Assembly (NCBI RefSeq): GCF_018350175.1
Contig: NC_058368.1
Span: 18,352,001-18,416,000 of the forward strand
Direction of reading: 5' to 3'
Length of the DNA stretch: 64,000 bases
From: Felis catus
Taxonomy: Eukaryota
Shown here: positions 12,134 through 23,559 of the stretch, in pieces
Numbering within the stretch: position 1 is the stretch's first letter
Layout of the letters: every line of letters begins with the position of its first letter
Made by a program: the position numbers and the translations under genes
The notes under the pieces: generated by a model
The model's database searches: none
What the model saw: the letters and a program-made list of their open reading frames with translations, nothing else
What the model was told of the DNA's origin: nothing

Positions 12134-13642
12134 CTTCATCTCCACTTAAGCCACCCACTCCAAGTCTCAGACCTTTGGAACCACTCACGGTGCTAAATTC
12201 GTTCCTATTCTCTCATCTATGGTGCTCTTAAAAAGTTAGCTCCTCTCACTATTATTGCCATTGTTATTCGTATTTTTCATATTGTTAAGGCCTCAGTGCT
12301 AGTGAGTGGTACTGACAGAACTCAGGGCTCAGACGGTGGGGTGCCTCCCAATGTGGACACTAACGAACCCCCAACCAGCCGTTCCGTAAATCAGCCATCG
12401 ACAGATCTAACTCTTCAAATTGTTTGTAGGCTGTGTCTGAGGTTCTCTTCACAAGTTAGTTGTTCAGAACTCCAAACACACTTCCTCACTGAAATAACAT
12501 TTCAGAGAGGGCTGGCCCACACGGGTAAGCTGAGATTCCCCATACGCGTAATCAAAAGGCAGAACACGAGACTGTCGTACTTGCGTAACGCCATATATTA
12601 GGTAGGCAAAACTTTTATTTTTCTACTTAAATAAAACATTTGTTTATTTACATCTTACTTTAGCTATTTCAGCTATCTCTTCTTTCGTCTTTGCTGCTCC
12701 TGAAAAAAAATTGTCCGGAGACAATTGGAGCACTACCAGCATTGAAACTCACTCACACTGAAGGCTACGTGATAGAGGCATGATTGTTCTCTACGTGCAG
12801 TCATCTTTGGGAGCTCCCAACTCATCCAAGGGCTTGACAGAAGCAAGCGCACAGTAAATGTCTCCTGAGTGGATACAAATATTTAATGGTAAGGGGTCAG
12901 AGGACACAGGAGCCCCAGGGTGAAAAAATAAAATGCCAGGAGAGATTTGATGAGACTCCAGGGTTAGCTGAACTTTCTTACTGGTATGGCTGGTTCTCCT
13001 CCCTAACTCTTATTTTTGTGATGGGTACAGGGAGAAATCAGGTAGAATTGATGCTATGCCTGAAACTCTCAGTGGGGGTTGATAATTACCCTGGTGTCGT
13101 GTGCACAGTAGAGATTCCAATATAACTATTTCAACTAAGAACCACGGTTTCCCCCCTAAATTAGCCAAAAAGAGAGTTTATTTAACCTGAACGACCTGGA
13201 GAGTTTGTTAGTAAACAGTCTGCCAACAGGCGCTATATTCTTCTCTACATATTAAAGAACAGTTACCAGTGATTTGAAAAAGAATTCACCCAGTACATGA
13301 AGGTGACCTATGCTGGGAATTGCCAAAACCCATGGAAATATTACTTTAATCGCCTAGACAACCTTGGACCCACTAAATTGATGGTTGCCATCATGTACTT
13401 ATATTCTTCCCCTGGGGCTCAGAAAAATAATGTTAGTTTTAATTTCTATTCTGCAAGTGTCCTCGGTGGAAATAATAACAGCCTCTTGCTACAACTAGTC
13501 CCTGTTTAACTGGCAGGTCTGGGCCTGACTGAATGTTGAAGGAAATATACTCTCTCCTCTCCCCAGGGGTCTCCCAAATCTTTCAGTCTCTGATTGTTCA
13601 TCTGGAATGAAACTTACATACATCTCTTAAAGGCAAAGGTCT

Positions 13643-14137
13643 AATGAAAATGTATGTACATATGAAACACCTTACAAAAGTGCTTACGGCATTATTTATA
13701 ATCACCAAGAAATGGAAACATCCCCCTGCCCTTCAACTGTTGAACGGATACAGTGCATGCGTTGGACTGCTTATTACTATTAAGCAATAAAAAGGAACAA
13801 ACTATTAATACACACAGCAACATGGATGAATCTCAGATGCATTATGCTAAGTGAAAGCAACCAGACCCCGAAACCACATGCTCTATGATTGCATTTGTAA
13901 GACATTCTGGAAAAGGCAAAACTATGGAGACAGAAAACCAATCAATGGTTGCCAGGACCTGGAGTAAGAAGAGGTTGACCTCAAAGAGGGGCATTTTGGG
14001 AGATGATGGAATCGATCTAGATAAGGATCACAGTGGTGGTCACACAGACCATGTGTTTTCAAAACTCATAAAACTGTACAATAAAAAGAGCGAATTTTAT
14101 AGTATGCAAATTATGCCTCAATAAACTTGACCAAAAA
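13643..14137 (+). mobile_element. L1 3' end fragment (old L1MB/L1MC-type)
   Basis: Diagnostic motifs AACATGGATGAATCTCAGATGCATTATGCTAAGTGAAAG and GGCAAAACTATGGAGACAG; terminal AATTATGCCTCAATAAA. Confidence 0.88.
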
Positions 14138-14499
14138 CACTTTTAATATAAAATGTCTTCTAAAAAGAAAAAAAAAAATTCTAGTGCGATTATACTACTC
14201 TAACCCAGGTAGATGTTTTTTGATTGAGAATGGTTAAAATGATAGCTAACTAAGGTCAGCATTGAGCAATATTCACCCAGCAGGGCAAGCTGATGGCTGT
14301 TTTTCTGGAAGACCAGAGAGGGCCCTTGTGGGAATACAATCTCAAAGTTGTTGACTTCTAGAGCTTGTGGACAGTGTAGATTGGGATGGCAAAGGGATGG
14401 CTAGAGTAAAAGCCCAGCTTGGGGCCTGTGGGTGCATGGCTGTCAGTGGTCCTTCTCCAGAGCAAAGGCCGAACGCCTGAATGATCAATGAGCAAAAAC

Positions 14500-14690
14500 A
14501 TAATGCAGTGCACGTGTTATTTCCAAGTACTTCCAAACTGCGTCTCATTGAATCCTGCAAGAAGTCTGCAGAACGAGGGTTATCATCCCTGTTGTATAAG
14601 TGAATAAGCCGAGGCTGGAGCTCATGACCTGGCCAGATCACAGCAAGGTAGCGGACTGCAGGGCTGGGCCCTGGGGCTTTTGATTTTATG
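14500..14690 (-). mobile_element. MIR
   Basis: TCTCATTGAATCCTGCAAG...TTATCATCCC...CCAGATCACAGCAAG. Confidence 0.6.
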
Positions 14691-14846
14691 CTTTCTTTCT
14701 TTTGTGGTTGGTCGGTGATTGTTGTTATTGATGGTGGTGGTTTGAGTGGTTAAACTCTTCATCTTTGAGGTGAGCCCCTCATCAAAATAAGAAGACCGAC
14801 TGGTGAAGACAGATAGAAGCTGTTCTTTCACTGCAAAGATAGAAAT

Positions 14847-15061
14847 TAGGGTAACTGTCCGAAAAAAGAGACAAAGTACGTGTCGGGATTTTGTCCAGAA
14901 TAGTCAGACTACACTGCATGAAACCAAGCATCTGATTTATAATTGCGTAGTTCAGGGCGGCGCTCGGGTGTTTTGAAAACACCCGGATACTGGAGTTTTG
15001 AGATGAACCGTCTGACATTTTCCATATGGACGAGATGTCTGGGAGCATTTGGCTTATCCTA
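14847..15061. mobile_element. Possible hAT-Blackjack-like MITE
   Basis: Degenerate TIRs TAGGGTAAC / TTATCCTA and an internal palindrome at 14965-14985. Confidence 0.4.
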
Positions 15062-17199
15062 AGGGACCCAGCGGAGGCACAGGGCAGTTGGGTGTCTGGA
15101 TGAGCATTTCAGCGTCTCACAGGGCTCTGTTGCATTCTCTGAAATCACTAGCCTCCACACAAAAGCATGAGAAATAAACCACACCTTTGACACATCTTCC
15201 TGGTAACATAGATCCCACTGCTCCATTGCACAAGAAACACGGATCGTGTGGTGTTTTTGGTTGGCATAGGAACAGCCTTGGAAATTTTCAAACCAGAAGG
15301 GTCAGAATGTTAGGAAGTTTGTAGCCGGGGAACATTCGCGCAGTGGCAGCTGATAAGCTAAATATCCTGACTAGACTCTGTCCTCTCTTTCTGGCACACG
15401 GCCTAACTGAAAAACAGAGTCCTGTGTGATTCCAGAACAGTCGCACGAAGCGGAGGGCACCCTCACACGGCACCCCTGCTTACAGACTGTCTGAGGTTCT
15501 GCCGTGCCCGTATAGGAAACTGGGGCCCAGAAACATGGAACACGGGGTTAGTGTGAGAGGAAACTAGGGACGGGATGTGACGAGTGCTGTGTGGGCACTC
15601 TTACACATCACACCGAATCCCCCTCCCGGGCAGGGTATGTGTCAGAAAGAAGAAAGATTCCACAGGAGGTTTAAATCCACCCTGTCGCCACCCTCTGGTC
15701 CGGAGCTTGGAATTTTTCCCCTCTCTTTGTTTTCCATGTCTCAATTTCGCTCATCACCTTCTGGCTGCAAGCCCATACCTTCCGAATAAAGCGGAGAACA
15801 TTGCAGAGGTCTCTCTTCCTTTGCTCCTCTTGTTTTTATCTTGTTCATCCCATGGAGGGAAGAGCGAGGTGGGAGAGAGAGGGAGATGGAGGGGCACTCC
15901 AGAGGCGGCACGAGGGAGCAAAAGCTGAAGTCCCCAAGCACGAGTGCCTTAGAGGACTCCGAACTTATTAATAATGACTAATGATTACCCATCTCCATGC
16001 CGCCTGCAACCAAACTTGAACAGTTCTCATGCATCTTGCGTGGAGCAAATCTAGCCGGTGGAAATCTGGATTTTCACAGAAGCGGGACTATGAATTAATA
16101 TTCCATTAGCAAAGACGAGACTTTGAAAGTATTCGTGAAAACCTCTCTCAAATGGCCAGTTTTTGGAGTGCATTTTAAATATGACTAGACTTCTACAAAT
16201 GTGATTTTCACATAGCTCTTTGGGACCACTCCTACTGGGGTGAAGTGAGTCCCACCTGCAATAAAGTCCAAGTTTCCAGAGGAGAACATTCTCCATTTCT
16301 TTCACCATTTGTCTTATGCTCTGGTGAGATGAAGGCAGAAGAAGTGAAGGTCAGCATTAGGCTGGGCTGAGCACAGACCTCTGTCCCAGGCCCCAACAGT
16401 ACCATTTTGAACATTATTCCTGGCCAGGTTTCCAGGCTGATAATAAATGCTTCTCCGGGCCGGAGTCAGCCCGTCTGTCCCACAGCAGAGCAGAAGGCAG
16501 CTTTCCAACTTACACGGGAAAGGGGGAGGGAGAAATATGGTGGCAAGAGGGATGAGCTTCCCGATCGTTTCACTTTCCATAGCTCTGGGTTTTATGGGAC
16601 CACTGGGAACGAAGCAAGCGTATGAACTATGAGTGAAATAAAGCGAACCAATTGCCTTTTCAACCTCATGCTTTTAATCCCGTCTCTTGGTCAATTTAAC
16701 CTTTGAGGATGTCTGTGCCCAGACTGTATGTTACAAGGGAGGAACATAAAACATCTCTGGACTTGGCCCCAATCCTGTTTACCGTATTAAAATAAATACC
16801 ATAAATTCTGTAGAAACGATCAACAGGAGTTGTGTTGAGAACCCCCCGAAACGGCTTCAGGTATAACGGCCAGGGTTCAATCACCAAATGTTTATTGAGC
16901 ACATACTGGATGCCAAGCACTGCATGAGGTAGCAAGGCACCCACTAGCAATATATCCTGTATCCTGGCCTCCGAGTCTTGCAGTCAAAGGTAAAGACAAA
17001 TACACACGCAAACAACCCCAAGGCTAGGTAAGAAGATCTAAAACAGGGGCACCAAATAATTGCAAAACAGGCCGGCAGGTGGGGAGGGGCCGGGCTAGAG
17101 AAGGATACTCCCAGAAAATGGTGCTTCGGTGCAGCCTTGCAAGATGAGCGGAAAATGACAGAATCAGGAGACCCCTCCTTCAAGGCAGTTTTGCTCCTG

Positions 17200-18020
17200 G
17201 GGAATTCTCAACTCCGAGAGCACTGAATTTTCCATCAAGAGAGCTGCTGATTTAATTTTTCCATGAAAATATATACGTGCACATACATACCCTTGCCCTT
17301 GGTCTTGTCAGGTTGCGAGCAATTATTTTTTTGTTCTCTCTGCCCAGATCATCGATGCATTTAGATCTAAATTCCAAAGGTGAACAGAGAGCAAATGTAC
17401 CTCAGTTCTGTGATTTCAAGCACTCTGGGGAAAGATCTAGGGTAGTAAGTGAGTAACAGTTAACAATATTTTCCCATCTGATTGGCAGATCGTATGGTGT
17501 TTNNNNNNNNNNNNNNNNNNNNNNNNNNNNNNNNNNNNNNNNNNNNNNNNNNNNNNNNNNNNNNNNNNNNNNNNNNNNNNNNNNNNNNNNNNNNNNNNNN
17601 NNNNNNNNNNNNNNNNNNNNNNNNNNNNNNNNNNGTGTGGAGCGGAGGAAGACAAATAAATATAAGGGAACAGCAAGTAACAGAAAGCTGGTCACAGCGA
17701 CCTCTTCACCAGATCAACTGGTTGGTCATAAAAGGCTAGAAATTCAGATCGAGGAAATAAAAAAAAGAAAACCTCCTCACTATTAATCAATAATGAAAAA
17801 TGGGCCCAGTCCCAATGTTGCCTAGGGCAAGTATTTGCCAATGGCAAGTTGGGGACCGTGAGTGAATATTTATCAATCTAAATACCTTAGTTCCCTCCTT
17901 TTTCTTGGCAGGGTCTGGCAAAAATGCTCATGGTCTGACAATATTTACCTTGGCTTTTTGCGGGGTTGTTTGTTTTGTGTTTTTGTAAATCTGAATTAAC
18001 AATATGCCCTTCTTGATGTA
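17200..18020. promoter_or_regulatory. Candidate conserved non-coding element around gap 1
   Basis: Repeat-free AT-rich block with TGATTTAAT, ATCGAT and ATTAATCAATAA motifs; conservation is inferred, not measured. Confidence 0.35.
17503..17634. other. N-run, 132 bp
   Basis: Direct count. Confidence 0.98.
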
Positions 18021-18044
18021 GATTCTGCTTAACCAAAAGGGAGG

Positions 18045-18136
18045 GAGGGTGATCAGGGCCCCCATTCGCCCATAACCCTAAGTTTTAGCACTGGGAAGGC
18101 TCAGGGCTGGACAGACCGAGAGGGTTGGTCACCCTA
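18045..18136. mobile_element. MER81 (hAT-Blackjack MITE)
   Basis: Terminal inverted repeats AGGGTGATCA / TGGTCACCCTA; internal AGTTTTAGCACTG. Confidence 0.75.
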
Positions 18137-18474
18137 AGGGAAAATGAATTCCCAAATACAAGTAGCCATATTCCAACTAAAGGATTTCGGGGGACGGGAG
18201 GGGCTATTTGTCTATAGGGCAAAGCACCGTATCTGCCCAACCGCTGTTTGGTGCTTTGTATCTTCTTCCTTTACACATCACATGTGAGCCTGTGATGGGA
18301 GGGTGAAAAAGGAGAATTCCCTTCTTTTCCCACTTGAGGTGTCAGGGTCAGTGCCTCTTTGCCATGGTCAACTCAGTCACCAGCAGGCAGACGCAGCTAA
18401 TCAAGTGTTCAGTAAATGGCAATCTCATTGCGCTGTAGACAAGGAGATTGCCATTTCCAAGAGGCTTTAAGAAA

Positions 18475-18635
18475 GTTCCCTCAGTCCGGGGGACTTGCCT
18501 TGTTAGGCATGCAAAGCCTCAGACCTCACCCACAGCAGACTCAATCAGAACTGCGGGAGGGCCCGGCCAAGGTGGGTTTTAAGAAGTCCTTCAGGTGATT
18601 CTGACGCGGTCTCAAGTTTGAGAACCATCGCTCTG
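18475..18635. mobile_element. MER5A (hAT-Charlie MITE)
   Basis: AATCAGAACTGCGGGAGGG...CAGGTGATTCTGACGC...AAGTTTGAGAACCA. Confidence 0.8.
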
Positions 18636-18874
18636 GAGACTGATCTCAAAAAGGTCAGCTACGATGCGCGTACTCGATATACCCGTCACAGGAGAAAAGA
18701 ATAACGTGCGAGTATAGTACGTGTGTTTAAAGAATTTTTACTGCAATTAGAAGAGGAAACGCTAAACATAATTTTCTTTCCCGACTCATTTAAATCCGCA
18801 TGAGGTAGCCTGCATGAGGTACCATTAGGTTGAACGCAGGTCCAGATGAACTGTTTTCTCATTCCCGAAATCTC

Positions 18875-18875
<1 letters not shown>

Positions 18876-18907
<32 letters not shown>
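18876..18907. repeat. poly(A)32
   Basis: Read directly; no attached retroelement body or TSD seen. Confidence 0.95.
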
Positions 18908-18908
<1 letters not shown>

Positions 18909-20329
18909 CCCAGGGGGACAACTACGACCTGAATTTGGGAAAGACAATAAAACAATTACCATTTTACGTGGAAAGGCTGCCTAGCAAATATTGATCCATG
19001 GGCCAACCATGCACCGGGATGGAAGTTAAGTCATCCTTCAGGATAAAAGCATTAACAGATTCAGAAAGAGTGTGATCAGATGTCACCTTCTTCCTCCTCT
19101 TTGTTCCCACACCCTGTCCTCACCACACCCACCCTTCCTTCCCCCTAGAAACAGAAGTCTGGTCCCAGAGAGGCACAGGTGTCCCTCCAATGCCGACCCG
19201 GTGAGATCAGGCACGCTCCGCGAGGCCGGCTGGTCTCTGCCCTCCAGGATATACCCCATTCAGGGTTGCCCAGCAGCCTGACTTTCTGGCCTTTAGAAAT
19301 GGTGATGGATTCATTTAGAATCAGGGGCTACCGAGCTAGGAGCTCAGGTGCTGCAGAAATGGCAGGTGGTTGGAGCTGACTTGACAGCAATTAAATGTAC
19401 AAATCTTTGATTAGGCTCCCGGGAATGGAGTCATTAGCAACCCAGAACGGACCAGCTTGCTTTCCACCGCCTCATTAGCTGCTCCACCGATGTTACTTTC
19501 AAAAGCCGGAGGGAGGGGGAAGGAAACCTCTCCAACACAGAAGTAGGAAAGTTGAGTGACAAAGGTGGGGAGGGAGGGAGAAGAAGCCGGGGTAAGCGTT
19601 TCTAGTCGAACAAACAGGTCCCTTGCCTTTTTCTGTGGGGTGGCTGACATGAGAGTGCATGTCTGCCCGACTGTGAAATAGCCCCATGCCTGCCTGATTA
19701 ATCTGCCCAAAAGGGTTGTTTTTTCTCTTTTAGGCCACTTTTTCAAAATCCCCAGTTGATTCACTCCTCGTAGCCAAAGCCCCAGGGCAGTGGGAGCCTT
19801 CCTCTGGGATGCAGAGTCGGATTGACCAGATTTTGTGGAGAGCTTCTGCAGGGCTCTGTACACCTTCCCTAGTGGCAGGGCTGGGGCCCACATCCACCCT
19901 TTGGGGGCCACAGAACCTCAGTGTCAAAATTCTCCCCTCGTGTGGTCCCGGACCCTCCGTGATCCGGGTTGAGATCGACGTTGTGGGCACCCCCCACATC
20001 ATTAGTGAGCCAGAGTCTGGCTAACACCATCCATGCAAGTTAAGTAATCTTCCTGACCGGAAAGGGAAATGTTCTCACAACCTTAATGCAAGATCCTGTG
20101 TGACCGTTTATTTGATGGGAGCCTAATTCATTGTATAATTTATTATTTTTATTGCTCTCAATCTGGCAGTCCCTGGATTAATAGTTATAAAGCATGCTCC
20201 ACGGACATTTATCGGTCACCTATTATAAACCCCATATTAATTGCTGTGGGAAACCTCTGGGTGAAAAGACCTTCTATCTTTGACTTTGGGATCTATTAGG
20301 AAGAAACATCATATACACCTTTTCTTATT

Positions 20330-20850
20330 TATTTATTCATTCATTCAGCAAACACCTGCTGTGTGCCTGTATACCGTAATCATTGTTCTTGTCAATAAAA
20401 ATACAAAGGACAATGAAGTACAATAATTATAATTGCTCACTGTCTGATAAGCATTTTACATGTTAAAACTCATTTAATCCTTGCAGCAACTCTATGAGGT
20501 AGCTACTATTATTTTTTTTCATTTTAGAGATCGGAAAACCAAGGCACAGAGAAGTTAAGTCATTTGCCTAAAGTCACATTGCTAGCAGTGCTAGAATTTA
20601 AACCCAGACGGTCTGGCAGCTTAACCACTATGCCATGCTCCTTCAAGTTGCTTACAGTTTAAAAAGGAAGATAAATATCAAAACCAACCATCTCAACATA
20701 ACGTGATAAGCGCATCTGCGCAGAGCATGTAAAAAGTACATGGTAGGCAGAGAAGGGAATTAAGTGTGTGGAAAAGAATTCACACTGGAAGTCATGTTTG
20801 ACCTGGGGTTTGAATTAAAAAGAAGAAAGCCAGGGCTTTCAAGGAGTTAA
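20330..20850 (-). mobile_element. L2 3' end interrupted by a MIR
   Basis: TTCATTCATTCAGCAAACACCTGCTGTGTGCC start; L2-like continuation after 20640. Confidence 0.6.
20420..20640 (-). mobile_element. MIR, near full length
   Basis: CTCATTTAATCCTTGCAGCAACTCTATGAGGTAG...AGGCACAGAGAAGTTAAGTCATTTGCCTAAAGTCAC...CTTAACCACTATGC. Confidence 0.88.
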
Positions 20851-20979
20851 AATCTAATACGTTACTTCAGTAAACGTCTGACACCATTATGACATAGGTG
20901 TGGAAACAAAGCTATCACGTATATTGGGAACCTTGGAAAGGAAGAGATCACATCCGAATGTATTAGCAAGGATGATTAT

Positions 20980-21194
20980 TTTTAATTTTTTTAAATGTTT
21001 ATATTTGAGAGAGAGCGAGCGCGCGAGCACAACTGGGGGAGGGGCAGAGAGAGAGGGAGACACAGAATCCGAAGCAGGCTCCAGGCTCTGAGCTGTCAGC
21101 ACAGAGCCCGACGCGAGGCTCAGACTCATGAACCGTGAGATCACGATCTGAGCTGAAGTCGGACGCTCAACCGACCGAGCCATCCGGGTGCCCT
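20980..21194 (-). mobile_element. Can-SINE (feliform)
   Basis: T-rich tail, GAGAGAG tract, ends GAGCCATCCGGGTGCCC; degenerate TSD GCAAG(G/A)ATGATT. Confidence 0.95.
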
Positions 21195-21630
21195 GGCAAG
21201 AATGATTTTTTTAAGGAGACCGTGTTTAAGCGAAGCCTTTAAAAAGCGGTTAAATTTTAGGACAGAGCCTTGTGAAGAGCAAAAGAGTCAGGAGAAGAGG
21301 AAGGCAAAGACAGGATCAGAGGCTGCAGGAGAACAAAGAAATCTATTTCCAAGGAGGTGAAGTGAGGAGATAGCATTGGAAGAACAACTTGTCTAAGCAT
21401 CAATGAGAGCTTTTAATTCCAGAAATCTATGGAAGTTTTAGCAGGGAAGGGAGTGAGATAAAAGTGACTTAGAAATACAAGGAAAGAAATGAAATACAAT
21501 TAAATTGATATAATAAAAAAGTATATTTTCAAGCTAAGAAATGTAAGGGATTGTTCTTATTCAGAATAACAACCTATGACTAAGAGTCTTTGAGAGGCTC
21601 AGATACGGTAACAAGAATGATTCCACTGTA

Positions 21631-21852
21631 GGGCGCCTGGGTGGCTCAGTCGGTTGAGCATCTGACTTCAGATCGGGTCATGATCTCATAGTCTGTGAGT
21701 TTGAGCCCCGCGTTGGGCTCCGTGCTGACAGCTCAGAGCCTGGAGCCTGTTTCCGATTCTGTGTCTCCCTCTCTCTCTGCCCCTCCCCTGTTCATGCTCT
21801 GTTTCTCTCTGTCTCAAAAATAAATAAACATGAAAAAAAATTTTTTTTTAAA
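21631..21852 (+). mobile_element. Can-SINE (feliform)
   Basis: GGGCGCCTGGGTGGCTCAGTCGGTTGAGCA head; TSD AAGA(A/G)TGATTCCACTGTA on both sides. Confidence 0.96.
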
Positions 21853-23268
21853 AAGAGTGATTCCACTGTAAACCATTACGTGCTGTACCAATTGTCATTC
21901 CTACTTTTAACAGTGTATTTCTATGGTCTTTAATTCAATTCTCTTCTGTCCCAAGTGAGAATGACACCCAAGCCATCTGCATCCTCTCCGTGGCTAATGA
22001 ATGGAAGAGACCGTGTCAGGAAACTTTTTATCTTATAGCTGATGAGTACGAAGGGCCTTTCCAAATATCCGCCAGACGTGTCAGAATGCACGTGTTCCGA
22101 GCATCCCGGCCTCCCAAGGAGCCGGCTGTGACACGTCCACAGTGGTGTCGGCTCTGTCTCGAGCCACTCTGCTGAGGGAGTGTTCTGGAACCAGGGAGAG
22201 GAAATCACTATTTCTCTTGCACTGCCACCGCCCCCAAGAACCAAAAGAAAGATGGCTCTGATTAAATTAAGGTAGTGCCACAGCCTCGTTTGCTATGTCC
22301 TTAATTTTCCCATCCAACCAATTGACTTCTATTAGACCACAGCCCAGCCTATTTGTTTTTTTAATCTCTTTACCTCTCGTGCCGTATTCTTATTTGGGAG
22401 GGGCGGGAGGAGGGATAGCTGGGTTCGTGTTCTACCACATGTCCCAAATGTTTGTTTAGGTGACTCCCTGGTCTTTCTTTGGTCACATCTATCTAGAGCT
22501 GGATGACCTCCCCTCAAGCAGGTCTGGGTAGATGCCCCCTCCCTTTCGAAAAGTGCATAAAGACCATGATATCCCCCAGGTGGCTGAGGACACTCTGATC
22601 TCCCTGGGAGATCATTCGATGGTTCTGGAGTTTCCAAAACTTGAAGCTGAAGCGTAACACCAGGACGAGGACAAGGAGACATTTGAAGTTAAATATATTG
22701 TTTTTCGTGATTGTGAATTGGAACAAAAGTGAAAACGGGATCTAATCTATCAAATAATAATGATTATAAGATATGCATAATTGCTCCTGAGGTCACTTCT
22801 TTCCCTTGAGCTTCAGTGGGATAAACAAGAGGACAGAAGAACTACTGTTAGCTTCCTGAGCCTGTTTTAAGCTTGTGGCTTGCAACTACTCGGTCACCAG
22901 GACCCCCAGTGGCCTTGCATCCCTGGACTTTCACCGTATCTAAGTGGCAAAACTCCAGCCTTGAGTCAATACTGCATTTCTCCTCCTAGACTCAGCTCAT
23001 TAAAAGAGGGAAGAAAAACAGCACCCAGCAGTTCAGATGGGTACTGCTACAGAATCGTGGTCTCCCTCGGCTGAGCTTCAGGACAGAGGGTCCATCTTTT
23101 TCTTCTCCTTGCTCAGCATCCTTTTAGTAGAAATCCCACTTCTCTGCAACTCTCCAGCAAGGTTTCATCATCCTTATCACCCCCTGTTCCCCTCACTTCC
23201 AGTATATGGCCTCCACTTCTCCATCTTTTAAAAACCTGAGACTGTTATGTGCAAAGTTGAAGCTTGCT

Positions 23269-23269
<1 letters not shown>

Positions 23270-23313
<44 letters not shown>
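23270..23313. repeat. (CA)22 microsatellite
   Basis: Read directly from the sequence. Confidence 0.95.
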
Positions 23314-23314
<1 letters not shown>

Positions 23315-23559
23315 CTTCATCCACTCACCTTGCCTAGAGTCTCACAAAAGATGGACAAAATGGTGTTTTCGTTTGTCTGTTTTGTTCCTATTCCATTCTA
23401 GACCAACTTCATTCCTCTTGAGCTCTTGGTATCATGTCCACCCATCTCCTTTTGGACTGTGATCCATCAAATGTCTTGTTTTTCTCTTGCCTTTACAACT
23501 TCTTCTCTATAAATTCTTTTCTATGAGATGCAAACTTTCTTCAATATCTCCCACCAGAA

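Noticed and set aside
17503-17634. 132-bp gaps as hidden 44-codon exons
   Set aside because: The gap edges lack matching AG/GT boundaries on either strand. A - strand pyrimidine tract runs into gap 1, but all three frames stop before the candidate donor at 17400.
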